A stretch of 63,505 nt of DNA, counting the filler, from Octopus bimaculoides (Eukaryota), in assembly GCF_001194135.2 (NCBI RefSeq). It is 4 parts of 3 records of this genome, joined end to end, with 100 filler letters (N's around TTAATTAATTAA, not from the genome) between each part and the next. Parts side by side here need not be neighbours in the genome. Positions count along the whole stretch, not along the records: positions 1 to 19,662 come from NC_068983.1; 3 more parts are not named here. One strand, given 5' to 3'. The notes below the pieces were generated by a model. It ran no database searches. It was not told the DNA's origin and saw only the letters and a program-made list of their open reading frames with translations. Of the stretch, positions 1 to 12,118 are shown one piece after another. Made by a program: the position numbers and the translations under genes. Each line of letters begins with the position of its first letter. Positions within the stretch are counted from its first letter, which is position 1.

Positions 1-794
1 AGAGGGCCGGATGCAGTTGAGTGGTTTAATGTCAGAAAGCAGCGGTGACCTTCGCCATCGGCCGTGAAGTGAAGAGTCGATGCCCAAGGGATCGCGTTTA
101 TGAACAGCTGATATTTGTTGCTTTCACCTTTAATTGCTTTTGTGTCTGTCTAGGTGGGAAGGGAGAAGAACACAGTGTTGCCCCTCCACCTCCTGTTTCT
201 AGCCCCCTAAGTACACCTATAACTATTTCCTTCAGACACAGGAGGTGAAAGAGGTGGGAGGGGGGGGGGAAACAAGCTCTATTTCATTTGGTAGTTTTTA
301 GAAGTTTATGATGCTGCTGTCGATGATGATGTTCATAGTATGATGATGATGTTGATGATATTGCTGATGAGAATGGTGGTGGTGTTGTAATGATGATGAC
401 TTTACCAACTGATTTTAAAACCAAATGTCTCGGTTTCAACTTACAACCCAGCATCTTTCTCATCCATTGTTTCCCCTCTTTTCTCTCCTTCTTTTCTGCT
501 GTTTTTTTTTTTACGTGTCTGTCTGTGTTTGTCAAGGTGTCAGTGTTCCTGATGGAATTTGAACTTAAGAACAGTGACATACAGAGCATATATATACTTG
601 TCTTTCCTCCCACATGACGACAACCTCGTTGTTTAGGGAAAATGTTGTTCGCTTCCTCTGTACTTCGTTCACCTTCTCGCTGAGTAATCATGGCATTGAG
701 TAATCATACAGACATATATACATTCATACATAAATATATATTTACACATTCATATATAACTGCTAGTTTTATACTGTTGTTTTCTTCCTCTTCC

Positions 795-830
<36 letters not shown>

Positions 831-2912
831 ATCTTGCAACGTTTTTCATTTATATTTGTATCTCCGTTTTTGTATATGTGCATACAATCACATACACTGC
901 ACGGGCGTAGTTGTGTTAACATTGGGATAAAATCCTCCACAGCCTTCTCGAAGTATATCTGGTTTTTGCGAGAGACAAATCTACATATGTAGTGTTGAAA
1001 TACACTTCGTCAATGTCCGATTTTTTTAAACCATCGTACAGACAGAGAAGTTCTCAGTCAAAACCGAATTGCCATTTGCATTTAACTGAGAGGAAAATGC
1101 TTATTTTGTATGAAAATTCCCAAGGTCTCAACTTAGAATTTAAGCGGTTATCAACGCGTAAACATGGCTCTTCAGTATTTATCCTATTAAAAAGTTCTTG
1201 AACAGATAAGGTCTTAAGTAATTAGAAATTGTCGTAACCTGGTGGATCTTACAATCATCTTTATTTTCTTAATTCCATTCTTGAAAACATAAAAAGCATT
1301 TCTTTTAAAACAATTGTTTTAGCTCACAAATTATTTTCTTTACAAATTCTAAACATTTGTAATTGTAATTTTCTAAACCTTCGTTAAACATACGCTTTTA
1401 ATTCATAGTTTTATCTCTTTCTTCGCATTGTTATTCCAAACATAAATTTTCTACATCCAGCTATTTCTTTTTTCTGTGTTTGTTTTACTTATCCCTAATC
1501 TTTTTCTGTTTTCTCTTCGTAGTAATTTCCCACAAAATAATTATTCTTTTATTTTGATGAAATAACTCCATCGGGTTTTGTCAGTATCCTGTCAAAATTT
1601 GTTATGTAACTCGCATATTGACTTATTTATTATTATTTTTTTTATTACACACCATAATTGCATTTTCGTTTCCTTTGCTCTCGTTGACGACGATCGTCTG
1701 AAGATCGGAAACGGACAGTTTTCACCTTCTGATAATTATAGCATTGCACTTCTTTCCATGTGGAGTTCCTTCTCATCTGTCCTCGTTCACATCGAAGTGT
1801 CTGTGTGTGTGTAGTTCTGGTGCAGGTGTCCATGTCATTCAGTGATAAAACACCTAATATTGTATATGTGGTAGTAGTAGTAGTAGTAGTAGATAATTTA
1901 TAACACATAACTATACAAGCATGTATATGTATAAACACACATACATACACACGCAACCATCCATTCAATCACAGTGCATATGATATTTATCTATTTATTT
2001 ATTTTGTAATCTATGCTGCACTCTTTGATCCGATATGTGGGAACTGAATAGAGCTGTATGGCTGGTATGATGGAGATAAAGAGAGAGACAGACAGCGTCG
2101 GGGTGAGAGACTGTACTATTTAGCTATGGTGAAATAAATATACAGATGGGTGTGTGGATACAACAACAGCGATAGGGAAAGATATATATATATGCTATAA
2201 TATATATGTATATCAAACATATTGGCAGGAATCAGTAGCTCATGGCCCGGGGAAATAACAGCTGCAATGAGTTTTAGAATAATTGCATACGTCATGGTTA
2301 GTTTTAATATTAAAGAAGACATGTCATGTATCTATATGTTGCAGAGTGAAATGTGTCACCAACAATGGTCGACATATTTAACATTTTAGGACCAGTTGGT
2401 GGTAGGCACAGCCTGCGTTTGGCGTCGCCGCCGTCGTCTTCTCGCTTTCTTCCCATCGTTCTTTGTTATATATTCACACACACACGTTNNNNNNNNNNNN
2501 NNNNNNNNNNNNNNNNNNNNNNNNNNNNNNNNNNNNNNNNNNNNNNNNNNNNNNNNNNNNNNNNNNNNNNNNNNNNNNNNNNNNNNNNGTATGTGTTTTA
2601 TAAGTTGGTCCTTATCTTCCGTTGTTGTTCTTAGTGTTGTATGTCTGGAATATATATTTTTTAAAATAAATTCTCTTGTGTCTGTCTGTTTATAAATTTA
2701 TATTTAAAAAAGAAAGGAGAATTGCAACCTTCAGGTTTCTGTCGGAAAGAGATACCCTGAATTTTAATGAAATATGTGTGCGCTTATGAGTGTGTGTGTG
2801 TAAAAATACACATTAACACACACGCATGAATGTATATAATATACACATATATGGCATACATGCATATATACAAGTTTTATGTGTCTGTGTGTGTGTATAG
2901 ATAGATAGATAG

Positions 2913-3039
2913 ATTCAGATGAATTAGGTACATAAGTTGAGGCACCAGAATTTAGTACGGTATTATCCATACAATTTCAAAATAAGGTGATTAAAATCAA
3001 AATAAGCAAAATACCTCTGGATATCCTTGTTGCTTATTT

Positions 3040-3042
<3 letters not shown>
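2913..3042. mobile_element. Internally deleted copy of the 21988-22496 element
   Basis: ATTCA(G/T)ATGAATTAGGTAC(A/T)TAAGTTGAGG(C/T)ACCAGAATTTAGTACGGTATTATCCATACAA is shared, then the copy jumps to TACCTCT(G/A)GATATC..TTGTTGCTTATT(T/C)TGA(TA)n. Confidence 0.85.
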
Positions 3043-3079
<37 letters not shown>

Positions 3080-3508
3080 TAGTATATATACATAATGAGT
3101 TTATATAGTGTGTGTGTGTGGTGATCGCCATAAGCTTTATGCGTATACAAAAATACCAATATCATATACAGGATTGTAAACTTGGTGCCGTATAAAAAAA
3201 AACCATTCGAACCATTCGTACAAAAATATATATTCATATATATTTATGCACGCATACATGAATGCACAATTGTGTGTGTGTGCGCGTGTGTATGCCATGG
3301 ATTGCGTACTGGGTGGAAAGTGGACGATTAGGATCGATCTCGTGTACATTTATTTTATGCTGAAAATACTAGTTTTGTGTGTTCCATTATAATAAATTTA
3401 CTTTAGACAGCGATGGTCGACTAATTAAAAAGTACAACACCACCACCACCACCACCACTAAGCGCTGGCACAATTGATAGGTTTTATACACACACACAAA
3501 CACACACA

Positions 3509-3548
<40 letters not shown>

Positions 3549-3927
3549 CATACATCCACGAATATATATGTACGTACGAATATATAAATATGTCTGAATA
3601 AATAAAATAAATATTTAAATAGGAAGAAGGAAACGAACTTTCCTCGGGGAACGATTTAATGACTCTTCTCGTCATATCGATGGTTTTGGGAGGAAACAAC
3701 TATATCATTAAGTGCTAATGTATAGGTGAGAGAGAGAGAGAGAGCGAATACGTTCGTACATACATGCACACGAATAAAGACATAGGCATTTATATGAATA
3801 TATGTGTGCGTGTGTGTGATACGTGCAAATAGGTATGTATATAATGAGTATCACTGTATATAGTGGACGATACGTTGAACTAGAATATGCTGTTCAATTA
3901 CGAAGGGAATTATAGTGAACGAATGTG

Positions 3928-3961
<34 letters not shown>

Positions 3962-4260
3962 ACGTATATATGGGAGAGTTGTGTGTATATAAGGTCTAAG
4001 TATATGTTATGTGTGTTTTGTGTGTGTGTGGTTTAGATATGTGTGTATATGTCAGCCAGGCTGCGTGATAATGAAATCATCACCGTTAGTGATTCTGAGA
4101 CTGTTATTAGCATGAACTTACTAGATTTTATTTGTAAAAAAATGTGAATTAAACTAAGGTTTTTTTTCGTCTTAATATTGTCTGTGTGCGCATGTATATA
4201 AACATGTATATACACACATACGTATAACGGGGGGGGGTGTATATATATGAGAGAGAGAGA

Positions 4261-4318
<58 letters not shown>

Positions 4319-4733
4319 TACACGCGAGCGCGCGTATTTATTCTCTTTCGTATACATGGGCTAGTGTATCTGTTTATATTTAAAAATCTCATCTTGGATT
4401 TCATAGTTTCGACATTTCTGGAACATAAAAAAAAAATTCATGTGTATCCTGGAAAACAAGAGCATGGGGGATGATATATATGCAGAGCGTAGTGAACTAT
4501 AAGGAATGTTATGGAGTGTAGTTAGGATGATATTAAACTGATTCACTCGTATATAAAATGCTGACTTTCTAGGATTATCGGATCATTTGAGATTTCTTGG
4601 TTTCTTTAGTTTATCTTTAAGTTACAGAAATACAAAGAAGACATTAAGTGACAGGGCTGTTTGCTCCTAAAGATACTTCGGAGCATGTCTCTGCGACTGG
4701 CGAACTCGGGTGCAATGGTTTGTGGTTAGTCCA

Positions 4734-4741
4734 TATAAAAG
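4734..4741 (+). promoter_or_regulatory. Possible TATA box upstream of the gene's candidate 5' exons
   Basis: TATAAAAG in non-repetitive sequence about 0.6 kb before the 5374 acceptor. Such an 8-mer is common by chance in AT-rich DNA. Confidence 0.2.
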
Positions 4742-5791
4742 CTATCATTTTGAGCGTTAACTTATATTGAGAAACGTAGTGTTGAGCAACGACTGGTTTG
4801 CTGTCACCTTTTTATCAGAGAGTACGGGAAGAGTTGATGCGAGTGTAGTGGTGTTCAAGAGCATTAATTTATATCATTTGCGAATTGGAAGACGTGTACT
4901 CGAAACCGAATCGCAGATTCTTATCCTTTCGAGCGGAACGGGTGCTCAAGTAGAAATAGTGGATAACGCTTGGTTTTACAAATGCTGGTGATAGTGACGT
5001 TTTTGTTGTTAGTGGTGGTTGAGATGTGGTGGAAAACTCTATATATGATATAGAGTATTAATGTCTTTTTATTAGTCGAGGATCTACATAGATACACGTG
5101 TGTGTGTTTGTACTTTGATAAACATAAATAACCTGAACAGATAAATACACACGTCTATATATAGATACCTTTAGTCTCTTTCTCTCTCCATACACACACA
5201 CACACACATGCACTTATATCCACGTATAGGTGCGAGAGAGAATGATAAATAGGTGTGTTTTCACAGTCTGACATCATAAACTGACTCGCTGGTTCTATGT
5301 TATATTTCAATTGTCGAATCAAATCCTTCCCAATCCGTCTCTTTTTTTTTTTTTTTTGCCATAATTTTTCAAGCTGCTGTCTTTGGTGAAGTTGCTGTTT
5401 TTTAGTTTCTCGCCGACTTCCACCATCTCAAACCTTTCTCTCTACTTTCGCAAAGAACAGTGAAATGTATGAAACCCGAGTAAGTCCGTTGATTTATCTG
5501 TGCAGGAGAGGAGGAATCAACTTCAAATGCCATGTTCTACGTCCATATATGAAACTGTTATACAGAGGGACATTTTTGCCTCATTTTTCAATCCGCCCCG
5601 TCACGATCCAGTGGAGCGAGAGACGCTTATCACCGAATTTTCATCCTTGAGAAAGGACAATTACTTCACTGGCTGTAGTGATGGAAGTAGTGTGTCTGCC
5701 ACACAAATAATAAGAAAAGCAAACAAGAAGATCAACCAGGCGAATATAGCAATAATTGATAAATCCCGAAATATGATCCCCCAGAGTTAAC

Positions 5792-5810
5792 ATGACGGAG
5801 TATGCAATCT
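5792..5810 (+). CDS. Candidate first coding exon (MTEYAI) of the large low-complexity gene
   Basis: ATG at 5792 in AAC-ATG context and a strong GTGAGT donor at 5811. The 19 coding nt give phase 1, which joins exon 10655 in frame (T+GT = Cys; MTEYAICTNFAVMGNY...). A polyT-tract acceptor at 5372-5373 could start this exon. No transcript evidence. Confidence 0.4.
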
Positions 5811-6996
5811 GTGAGTGTGTGAGATAGAGTGAGAGAGAAATGCACATAGATGGTTTGAATATATTCTACATACAGCTTTAAAAAAAATAGAATATAATAA
5901 ATATAATGCTTGTTCATTTGCCATTGTTGTTGTTGTTATTGTTGCACTAATTCTGCAAGCAGCATTAGCAGCAACCTTTAAAATACTTGCAAGATAGCGG
6001 CCATGTGACTACTTCGTTAAAACAAGGCAAAATAAAGTCTTTTGAGTCTCTATAATCACGAGAATGTCAGGAAACCATTGATTCTATACAAGTCTTTCTT
6101 TAAACATTGATGGATCGAGCTTCTATTGTTCTTGAAAACAAGCAAGGATAATTTATTAGCAAGCGATATTGAAAATATCCAGAGTATTATAGTTCTTTTT
6201 CTCTGTTTTCGCTGGAAGCAAATATCTCGAGAAACAAAATATAACAAGGAAACTTTTATCTTTTGTATTATTATCTGAAGAACATCTTTAGTATTTATTA
6301 TAATAATAATTTTTTTCTTGTATCTATTTCTACTTTCTTTATTTAATTTTTATTCTGTTGTTCTTCCCCCATTTTATATAATCCACCATTATAATAATTT
6401 TCATCTTTCAATCAGTTAGTAGTAGGTTTTAGTTTTTTTTTTTTTTTTTTTTTTTTTTCTTTTTTCTCTCTTCTCGACTTTAGTGATTCGGAACAGTTTT
6501 AAGATGTAAATTCGTATTTTCAAAAAATAATAAAATCGATAGCTTCCTTATCTTTTCTACAGTCGAATTTAATCTGAATTTAACTTTGGTCTTTATTCAT
6601 ATTTTAAGGTGAACTCTTGTCTTTTACCAATATCATCTCATATTCTGTAGAAATGCGTGTATGAGAATATTTATCTACGTATCTGTGTGTGCGAGCGTGC
6701 TGCGTGTACACGAACGTGCGCACACGCAGTTTGTATCGGTGTATTCGTGTATCAATGAACAAAATCAGGTGTGCACGTTGCTTACAAGGCAATAATTATA
6801 CATTTCTCGTGATTTCCCACAAATAGCAACGTGGAGGTATGTGGCCGTCGGTGGATAGATTAATTTAAGGTACCTTCGCTTCACATCTCGTTCCCACCAG
6901 ACACCAAGAAATCTGAAAGAAACGGGTATTTATTATCAGCATTATCGAGAGCAGTGAGACATGGTACCTAACATTATAAGGTACCCTCGTATCGTA

Positions 6997-7030
<34 letters not shown>

Positions 7031-8589
7031 CACTCATCTGGATAACCGAATGACACACGGTTTATTATTATTATCGGTACAATAATAGTGCGGTACCCTA
7101 ATGTTTCTACTGCTATCGTGGTAGGGACAATAGGAAGGTTCTGAACAAAATATTTTACGAGGTCTAGTTACGTTCTAAGTTCAAATCGCAGTATGATCAA
7201 ATTTATCTTTCGTCTTTCTAGAGTCGATAAAATAAGTAATCGAACGAGTCGTTAAAAATAAATAATCGTCCTCTCAAGATCTGTNNNNNNNNNNNNNNNN
7301 NNNNNNNNNNNNNNNNNNNNNNNNNNNNNNNNNNNNNNNNNNNNNNNNNNNNNNNNNNNNNNNNNNNNNNNNNNNNNNNNNNNNNNNNNNNNNNNNNNNN
7401 NNNNNNNNNNNNNNNNNNNNNNNNNNNNNNNNNNNNNNNNNNNNNNNNNNNNNNNNNNNNNNNNNNNNNNNNNNNNNNNNNNNNNNNNNNNNNNNNNNNN
7501 NNNNNNNNNNNNNNNNNNNNNNNNNNNNNNNNNNNNNNNNNNNNNNNNNNNNNNNNNNNNNNNNNNNNNNNNNNNNNNNNNNNNNNNNNNNNNNNNNNNN
7601 CTCGTAGGCTCTTATTAATAGAGTTACTCCCATTTATGAAGCAATTAAAATTAATCTTTTTCTCCCCCACCAGCCCCCATCTACTTCAGGTAAATTACCG
7701 AAATTTTCTAATAAATATTTGTACATGAGAAGAAAGGTGGCCGCTTGCCAACTCCTTAAGGCTTAAAAAAAATCGAAAATACATCTGCATAATATATTTT
7801 CTTTCTTAGTAGCTTCGTTTCTTTTCATATATATATATATATAATATATATATATGTGTGTGTGTGTGTGGAGCCAGCTGGCAGAACCGTTACTGCGCCA
7901 GTGGCATTTTTTTTCCGGCCCTATACGTTCTGAGTTCAAAATCTGCCGTCGTCAATTTTCACGATGCTGCTCCAGTATCACTGCAGTTGTAGTACTGAAA
8001 TGTATAAAAGTTATATATTTATGTGTGTGTGTAGGATAGTGTTAAAGAAATTACATACGTATACATATCTTCAATTATTATAAATATATAATCCTACACA
8101 CAAGCCAGTGATATTCCCGGTCTGTATGGAATTACAGTGTAGCCGACGTATCGTTTTCCCTCCTATAACCATCAAATTGCTGAAAATGTTTTTTATTATT
8201 TCTTTATTATTGACCGTCAAATCAATTAAATTTTAATTATTTTCATTCATTTGGTGTCCGTTTGGGCCATAAAACATCTCGGTTATTTATTTACGTTTTT
8301 TTTCTTCTCATACACATTAGTTAAAAGTTTCCGAACTGCCAGTCTACAAATTCACTGTATATTGCCGAAAACGAAAACAACAAAGTAGTTGAACTTGAGC
8401 GGAATAAAAAAACCCTTGGTACTTTTTGTCATTGCACCGGTTTGCTGGGTTATTTTCATAAGCGGTGTTCACCTTTAGCTGTCACCCATATACTATTCGT
8501 TCCTAATTCAGGAACGACGCCCGTAGTTTTGCGGTTAATGGTGTCAGTCATAAGCTTAGATTCTAGCGCATGACTAATATTTTATTTTA

Positions 8590-9225
8590 TAAACCCCCAG
8601 GCAATGGTACCCTCAGCGTGATTTGAACGTAGAATTTAAATTATCAACAGAAATGCCGGACGATTCTGGCAGCTCACCACTTTAATAATAGTAATCCTTT
8701 CTACTATAGGCACAAGGCTTGAATTTTTTTTTTTGGGTGGGGGGGAGTCGATTAGATCGACCCCAGCACGCAACTGGAACTTAATTTATCGACCCCGAAA
8801 GGATGAAAGGCAAAGTCGACCTCGGCGGAATTTGAACTCAGAACGCGAGGATGGACGAAATGCAGCTCGGCGTGCTATCGGTTCTGCCATTTCCCCGCTT
8901 TTAATAATAATTATTATTTCAAATTTTTACCTCAAGGGCAGCTTGCGGGAGGTAGGGATGAGTCGATTACATCGAACCCCAGTGTTCAGCTGGTACTTAT
9001 TTTATCAACCCCCACCAAAGGATGAAAGGCAAGTCCTTTTTTTACTATAGACATAAGGCTTGAAACTTGGGGAGGTGGGTAGGGAGCTTAGTTAATTTTA
9101 TCAGTCCTCAAAGGGTGGAAAACAAGAATAACCTTGGTGGAATTTGAACACACAACATAGACGGAATAAATACTGCCAAGAATTTCATCCAGTGCAGTAA
9201 TGACTCTGTCTGCCCACCACCTAAA
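8590..9225 (-). mobile_element. Cluster of four tandem, co-oriented family-1 SINE copies
   Basis: Repeated blocks CGACCCCGAAAGGATGAAAGGCAAAGTCGACCTCGGCGGAATTTGAACTCAGAA (best copy about 8695-8920), separated by short TAA runs. Boundaries are approximate. Confidence 0.8.
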
Positions 9226-9246
9226 TAATAATAATAATGATGTATA

Positions 9247-9440
9247 CAGTGAACCCTCGACTGTCATGGGTGTTAGGTTCCAAAACTTCCCACGATAGGT
9301 GAAAACCTGCAAAGTAGAAACACTACTGAATATGTTTTTTATTTTTATAATTTGTATATATTTATTTTATTATAAAGGCAAAACAACACCATGGAGGAAT
9401 CAACATAAGCTTAAATAATAAACCGCAATATGACGAGGAA
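9247..9440 (+). mobile_element. Tigger/pogo-like DNA transposon 5' end fragment
   Basis: TA followed by CAGTGAACCCTCGA, a pogo/Tigger-type terminus. The other end was not found and the right boundary is approximate. Confidence 0.45.
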
Positions 9441-9460
9441 TTATTGTAGGTCCAGTTAGT

Positions 9461-9534
9461 GGCCGGTTAGGTCAGTTGGTTAAAACGGCGTGCTAATAAC
9501 ACAAATGTCATGGGTTTGGACCCCATACTGACCA
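9461..9534 (+). pseudogene. Decayed tRNA-Ile(AAT) copy
   Basis: 74 nt, GGCCGGTTAGGTCAGTTGGTTAAAACGGCGTGCTAATAACACAAATGTCATGGGTTTGGACCCCATACTGACCA, colinear with canonical eukaryotic tRNA-Ile(AAT). The anticodon loop CT-AAT-AA is at 9493-9499. The D-stem, B box (TTGGACC) and acceptor stem carry disabling mismatches. Confidence 0.8.
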
Positions 9535-9666
9535 GTAACAATTTCTTTCTCCACTCTGCTGAGTGGTTAGTGTTAGGAAGGGCATCCAGCTGTAAAAGCC
9601 ATGCCAAAACAGACAGAAGTCTGGTGCATGCTTCTGTCTAGCCAGTGCCTGTCAAATCCTCTAACC

Positions 9667-9923
9667 CAGGGGTTTCCAAACTGTGGTCCGCGGACCACAG
9701 GGGGTCCGTGGACAGCAAATACTTTTTATGGGCAATTTGATTTTATATATGTTTTTTAATCAAAATCTTTTGACAATAAACCTATTTGTTAAATACTGTT
9801 AAATAAATAAATGCAAAAATATGTTATTTTAAGCAAATGTTTATGCATAAATTTCATAAGCGTTTATAAGGTAAAGCCTGAAATATAAAGGGGTCCGCAA
9901 GTCAAAAAGTTTGAAAACTCCTG
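9667..9923. mobile_element. hAT-type MITE A (257 bp)
   Basis: TIRs CAGGGGTTTCCAAACT / AGTTTGAAAACTCCTG (14/16 match) and a perfect 8-bp TSD CTCTAACC at 9659-9666 and 9924-9931. Confidence 0.9.
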
Positions 9924-9931
9924 CTCTAACC

Positions 9932-10242
9932 CAGGCGTTTTCAACCGTTTTTTTACCTGTGAACCCACATGGCCATTTGATAGTTTGATAGAAAGGTCTT
10001 TTAAAATTTCTATTCTGTTTTTCACACATTAACTTGTGTAGGGTTGAAAACCTGTAAAAATGACAGAGAAAGAAACCTAGCTGTTTCTTGCATTACATAC
10101 AATACACACATTTAAAGCAAATTTTTTTCAAGGTCTCTTCAAATTCTGTTGTGGATCCCTAATTTACTATTTTGTTACATAGACCCCCAAAAATCTTATA
10201 TTGACCCTCAGGGACCATATGAATTTCAGTTGAGAACCACTG
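9932..10242. mobile_element. hAT-type MITE B (311 bp)
   Basis: TIRs CAGGCGTTTTCAACC / AGTTGAGAACCACTG (11/15) and 8-bp flanks CTCTAACC / ATCTAACT (6/8). The internal sequence is shared with 14239-14572. Confidence 0.8.
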
Positions 10243-10654
10243 ATCTAACTCATGGAAGCTGGGTGTTAAACAATAACGAGAGCCATGTTCTTTGTTGGCA
10301 TGGATTTAATGGTTTAACAGGGTTGTGGGTCCGAAGAGTGCATTGTGCTCCAATGTCTGCTTTAGTATGGGTTTTTTGGCTGGGTGCTCCTGTGCCGAGT
10401 ACTTTACAAGTGTGTACTGGGTGTTTTTTTTTTCTTTGTCTTTTTGTGGCACCATCACTAGTGAGGTTGCTATGCTGCATGCAAGAGCCCTATGGTCTCC
10501 TTTGGCTGAATGGGGCTGCAGTCGAGAGGAAGGTGGTGATGATTACAGAGTAACACTTTATCATTTCTTTGTCTTGTTCTAATTTAATAAATTTTAATCT
10601 AAATAAAGTTCTTCTTAACAAAATGACTCAATATTTTTCTTATTGTTTTTTTAG

Positions 10655-10762
10655 GTACTAATTTTGCTGTGATGGGGAACTATCTGGAGCCCAGTGGAGG
10701 GCCTCCAGATTCTTTAAAATCTTCAATATCTGATCAGTTCTGGGGAACATCCCATTCAGATG
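10655..10762 (+). CDS. 108-nt phase 1-1 exon (TNFAVMGNYLEPSGGPPDSLKSSISDQFWGTSHSD), with an alternative ATG at 10672
   Basis: Acceptor ttgttttttttag ends at 10654 and donor GTAAGT starts at 10763. The frame is open, and the last G plus AA of exon 13083 gives GAA in the frame of the 13058 ORF. Confidence 0.72.
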
Positions 10763-10999
10763 GTAAGTGTTCCAAACCTTTCTTCCCTTCTTATTCTTCA
10801 CTATTTCTGCCACAACTTCTTTTGAACATCATTAAATCTGTTACGTAAACCTGCTGTACATCCCCATCTCAGTTCCCTATCTCCCCGCCATCTCATCCCT
10901 ATCCCGCCTCGCCATCGTGGGTCCCTACGTGTTCTATTGTTAAAGCATTGTTCCTCAACTAATATCTCACTGAAGTTCAAAGAGAAAGGCAGCAATTAA

Positions 11000-11212
11000 C
11001 CCTTAGCATTTAAAATGGCCATATCTGGCCCAAATTTTCTGGTTGTTTTCTTTTCAAACCAGCCAGATCCGGCCTTTCACACCTATCCTACCATGTCATT
11101 TTGAAAATAAACAAGTACATCACTGAAATCTTGATGTTACAAGATATTGCTTGTTTAATTAAAAACAGTGTGATTAAAGAAGCATTACATTTGATAATCT
11201 GAATGCTAACAG
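11000..11212. mobile_element. piggyBac-type MITE
   Basis: Left end TTAA + CCCTTAGCATT; right end AATGCTAACAGG + TCAA (a decayed TTAA TSD). Confidence 0.7.
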
Positions 11213-11511
11213 GTCAAATGTCAGGACTTGACTAATAGTTAACTGACCCATATGAGGAAAAAAGAAATAGTTTATTTGAGCAAGATTTGAACAATTTTCT
11301 TGCCCTGCTAACCTAGCTATGATCAGCATTCCCTTTAAGCTTTTAGGGGTCAGTTCTTCTCTTTCTCTCTGAATTGTACCTGTAATTCAATTGACATATT
11401 GTCTCATATTACTTTCATATGAAGCGTTTATGTGTTGAGACATTACTCAGCCACTTCCCCATAAGAATTTCATGAGTAGAATTTCATTGCCAATGCCAGA
11501 CTACACGCATA

Positions 11512-11815
11512 CCAGCACTCAGTCAGTTATAACGACAAGGGTTCCAGTTGACTCAACTGGAAATTAACATGCAAGTGGCTGAGCACTCCACTGAGACACA
11601 CCCACTTAATATAGTTCTTAGGGTGATTCAACACCACACAAAATGTGACAAGGCCGGCCTTTTAGTTTTGGATACTGCTCGTTTTTACGAACAAAGTGAA
11701 CTGGAGCAACGTGAAATAAAGTGTGTTACTCAAGGACGCAACGTGCTGCCAAGAATTGAACTCAGAGCATTTTGATCATGAGCTAACTGCCTTAACCACT
11801 AAGCCACATGCCTTC
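11512..11815 (-). mobile_element. tRNA-derived SINE, family 3-related, older copy
   Basis: The reverse complement shares the GGAGTGCTCAGCCACTTGCA and CAACTGGAACCCTTGTCG tail blocks and has a tRNA-like head (GTGGCTTAGTGGTTAAGG...GAGTTCAATTC). Confidence 0.75.
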
Positions 11816-11957
11816 ACATACACACTTTTTTCTTCTGCATAATAAATAGCACATGTGTGACTTTGAACTCACCATCAATCTATTTCATTGTAAAGCTAAA
11901 TTTCAGATATTTCTTAAATATAATGATTAATCCTTCAATTAATATTGTTTTCAAAAC

Positions 11958-12110
11958 GGCGAGCTGGCAGAAACGTTAGCACACTGGGCAAAATGCTTCG
12001 TGGTATTTCACCTGTCTTTACATTCTGAGTTCAAATTCTGTCAAGGTCGACTTCGCATTTCATCCTAAGTACCNNNNNNNNNNNNNNNCCCCCCCACCCT
12101 AGAGTAGGAA
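11958..12110 (+). mobile_element. Family-1 tRNA-SINE copy
   Basis: GGCGAGCTGGCAGAAACGTTAGC head, GAGTTCAAATTC B box and AAGGTCGACTTCGCATTTCATCC body. Confidence 0.8.
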
Positions 12111-12118
12111 ATAATATT

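Larger units (their letters stand above)
9561..10271 (+). mobile_element. RTE-type retroposon 3' tail split by the two hAT MITEs
   Basis: GTTAGGAAGGGCATCCAGC...GTCAAATCCTCTAACC resumes after the MITEs as CATGGAAGCTGGGTGTTAAAC. A related reverse-strand fragment lies at about 17437-17600. Family assignment is from recall. Confidence 0.55.
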
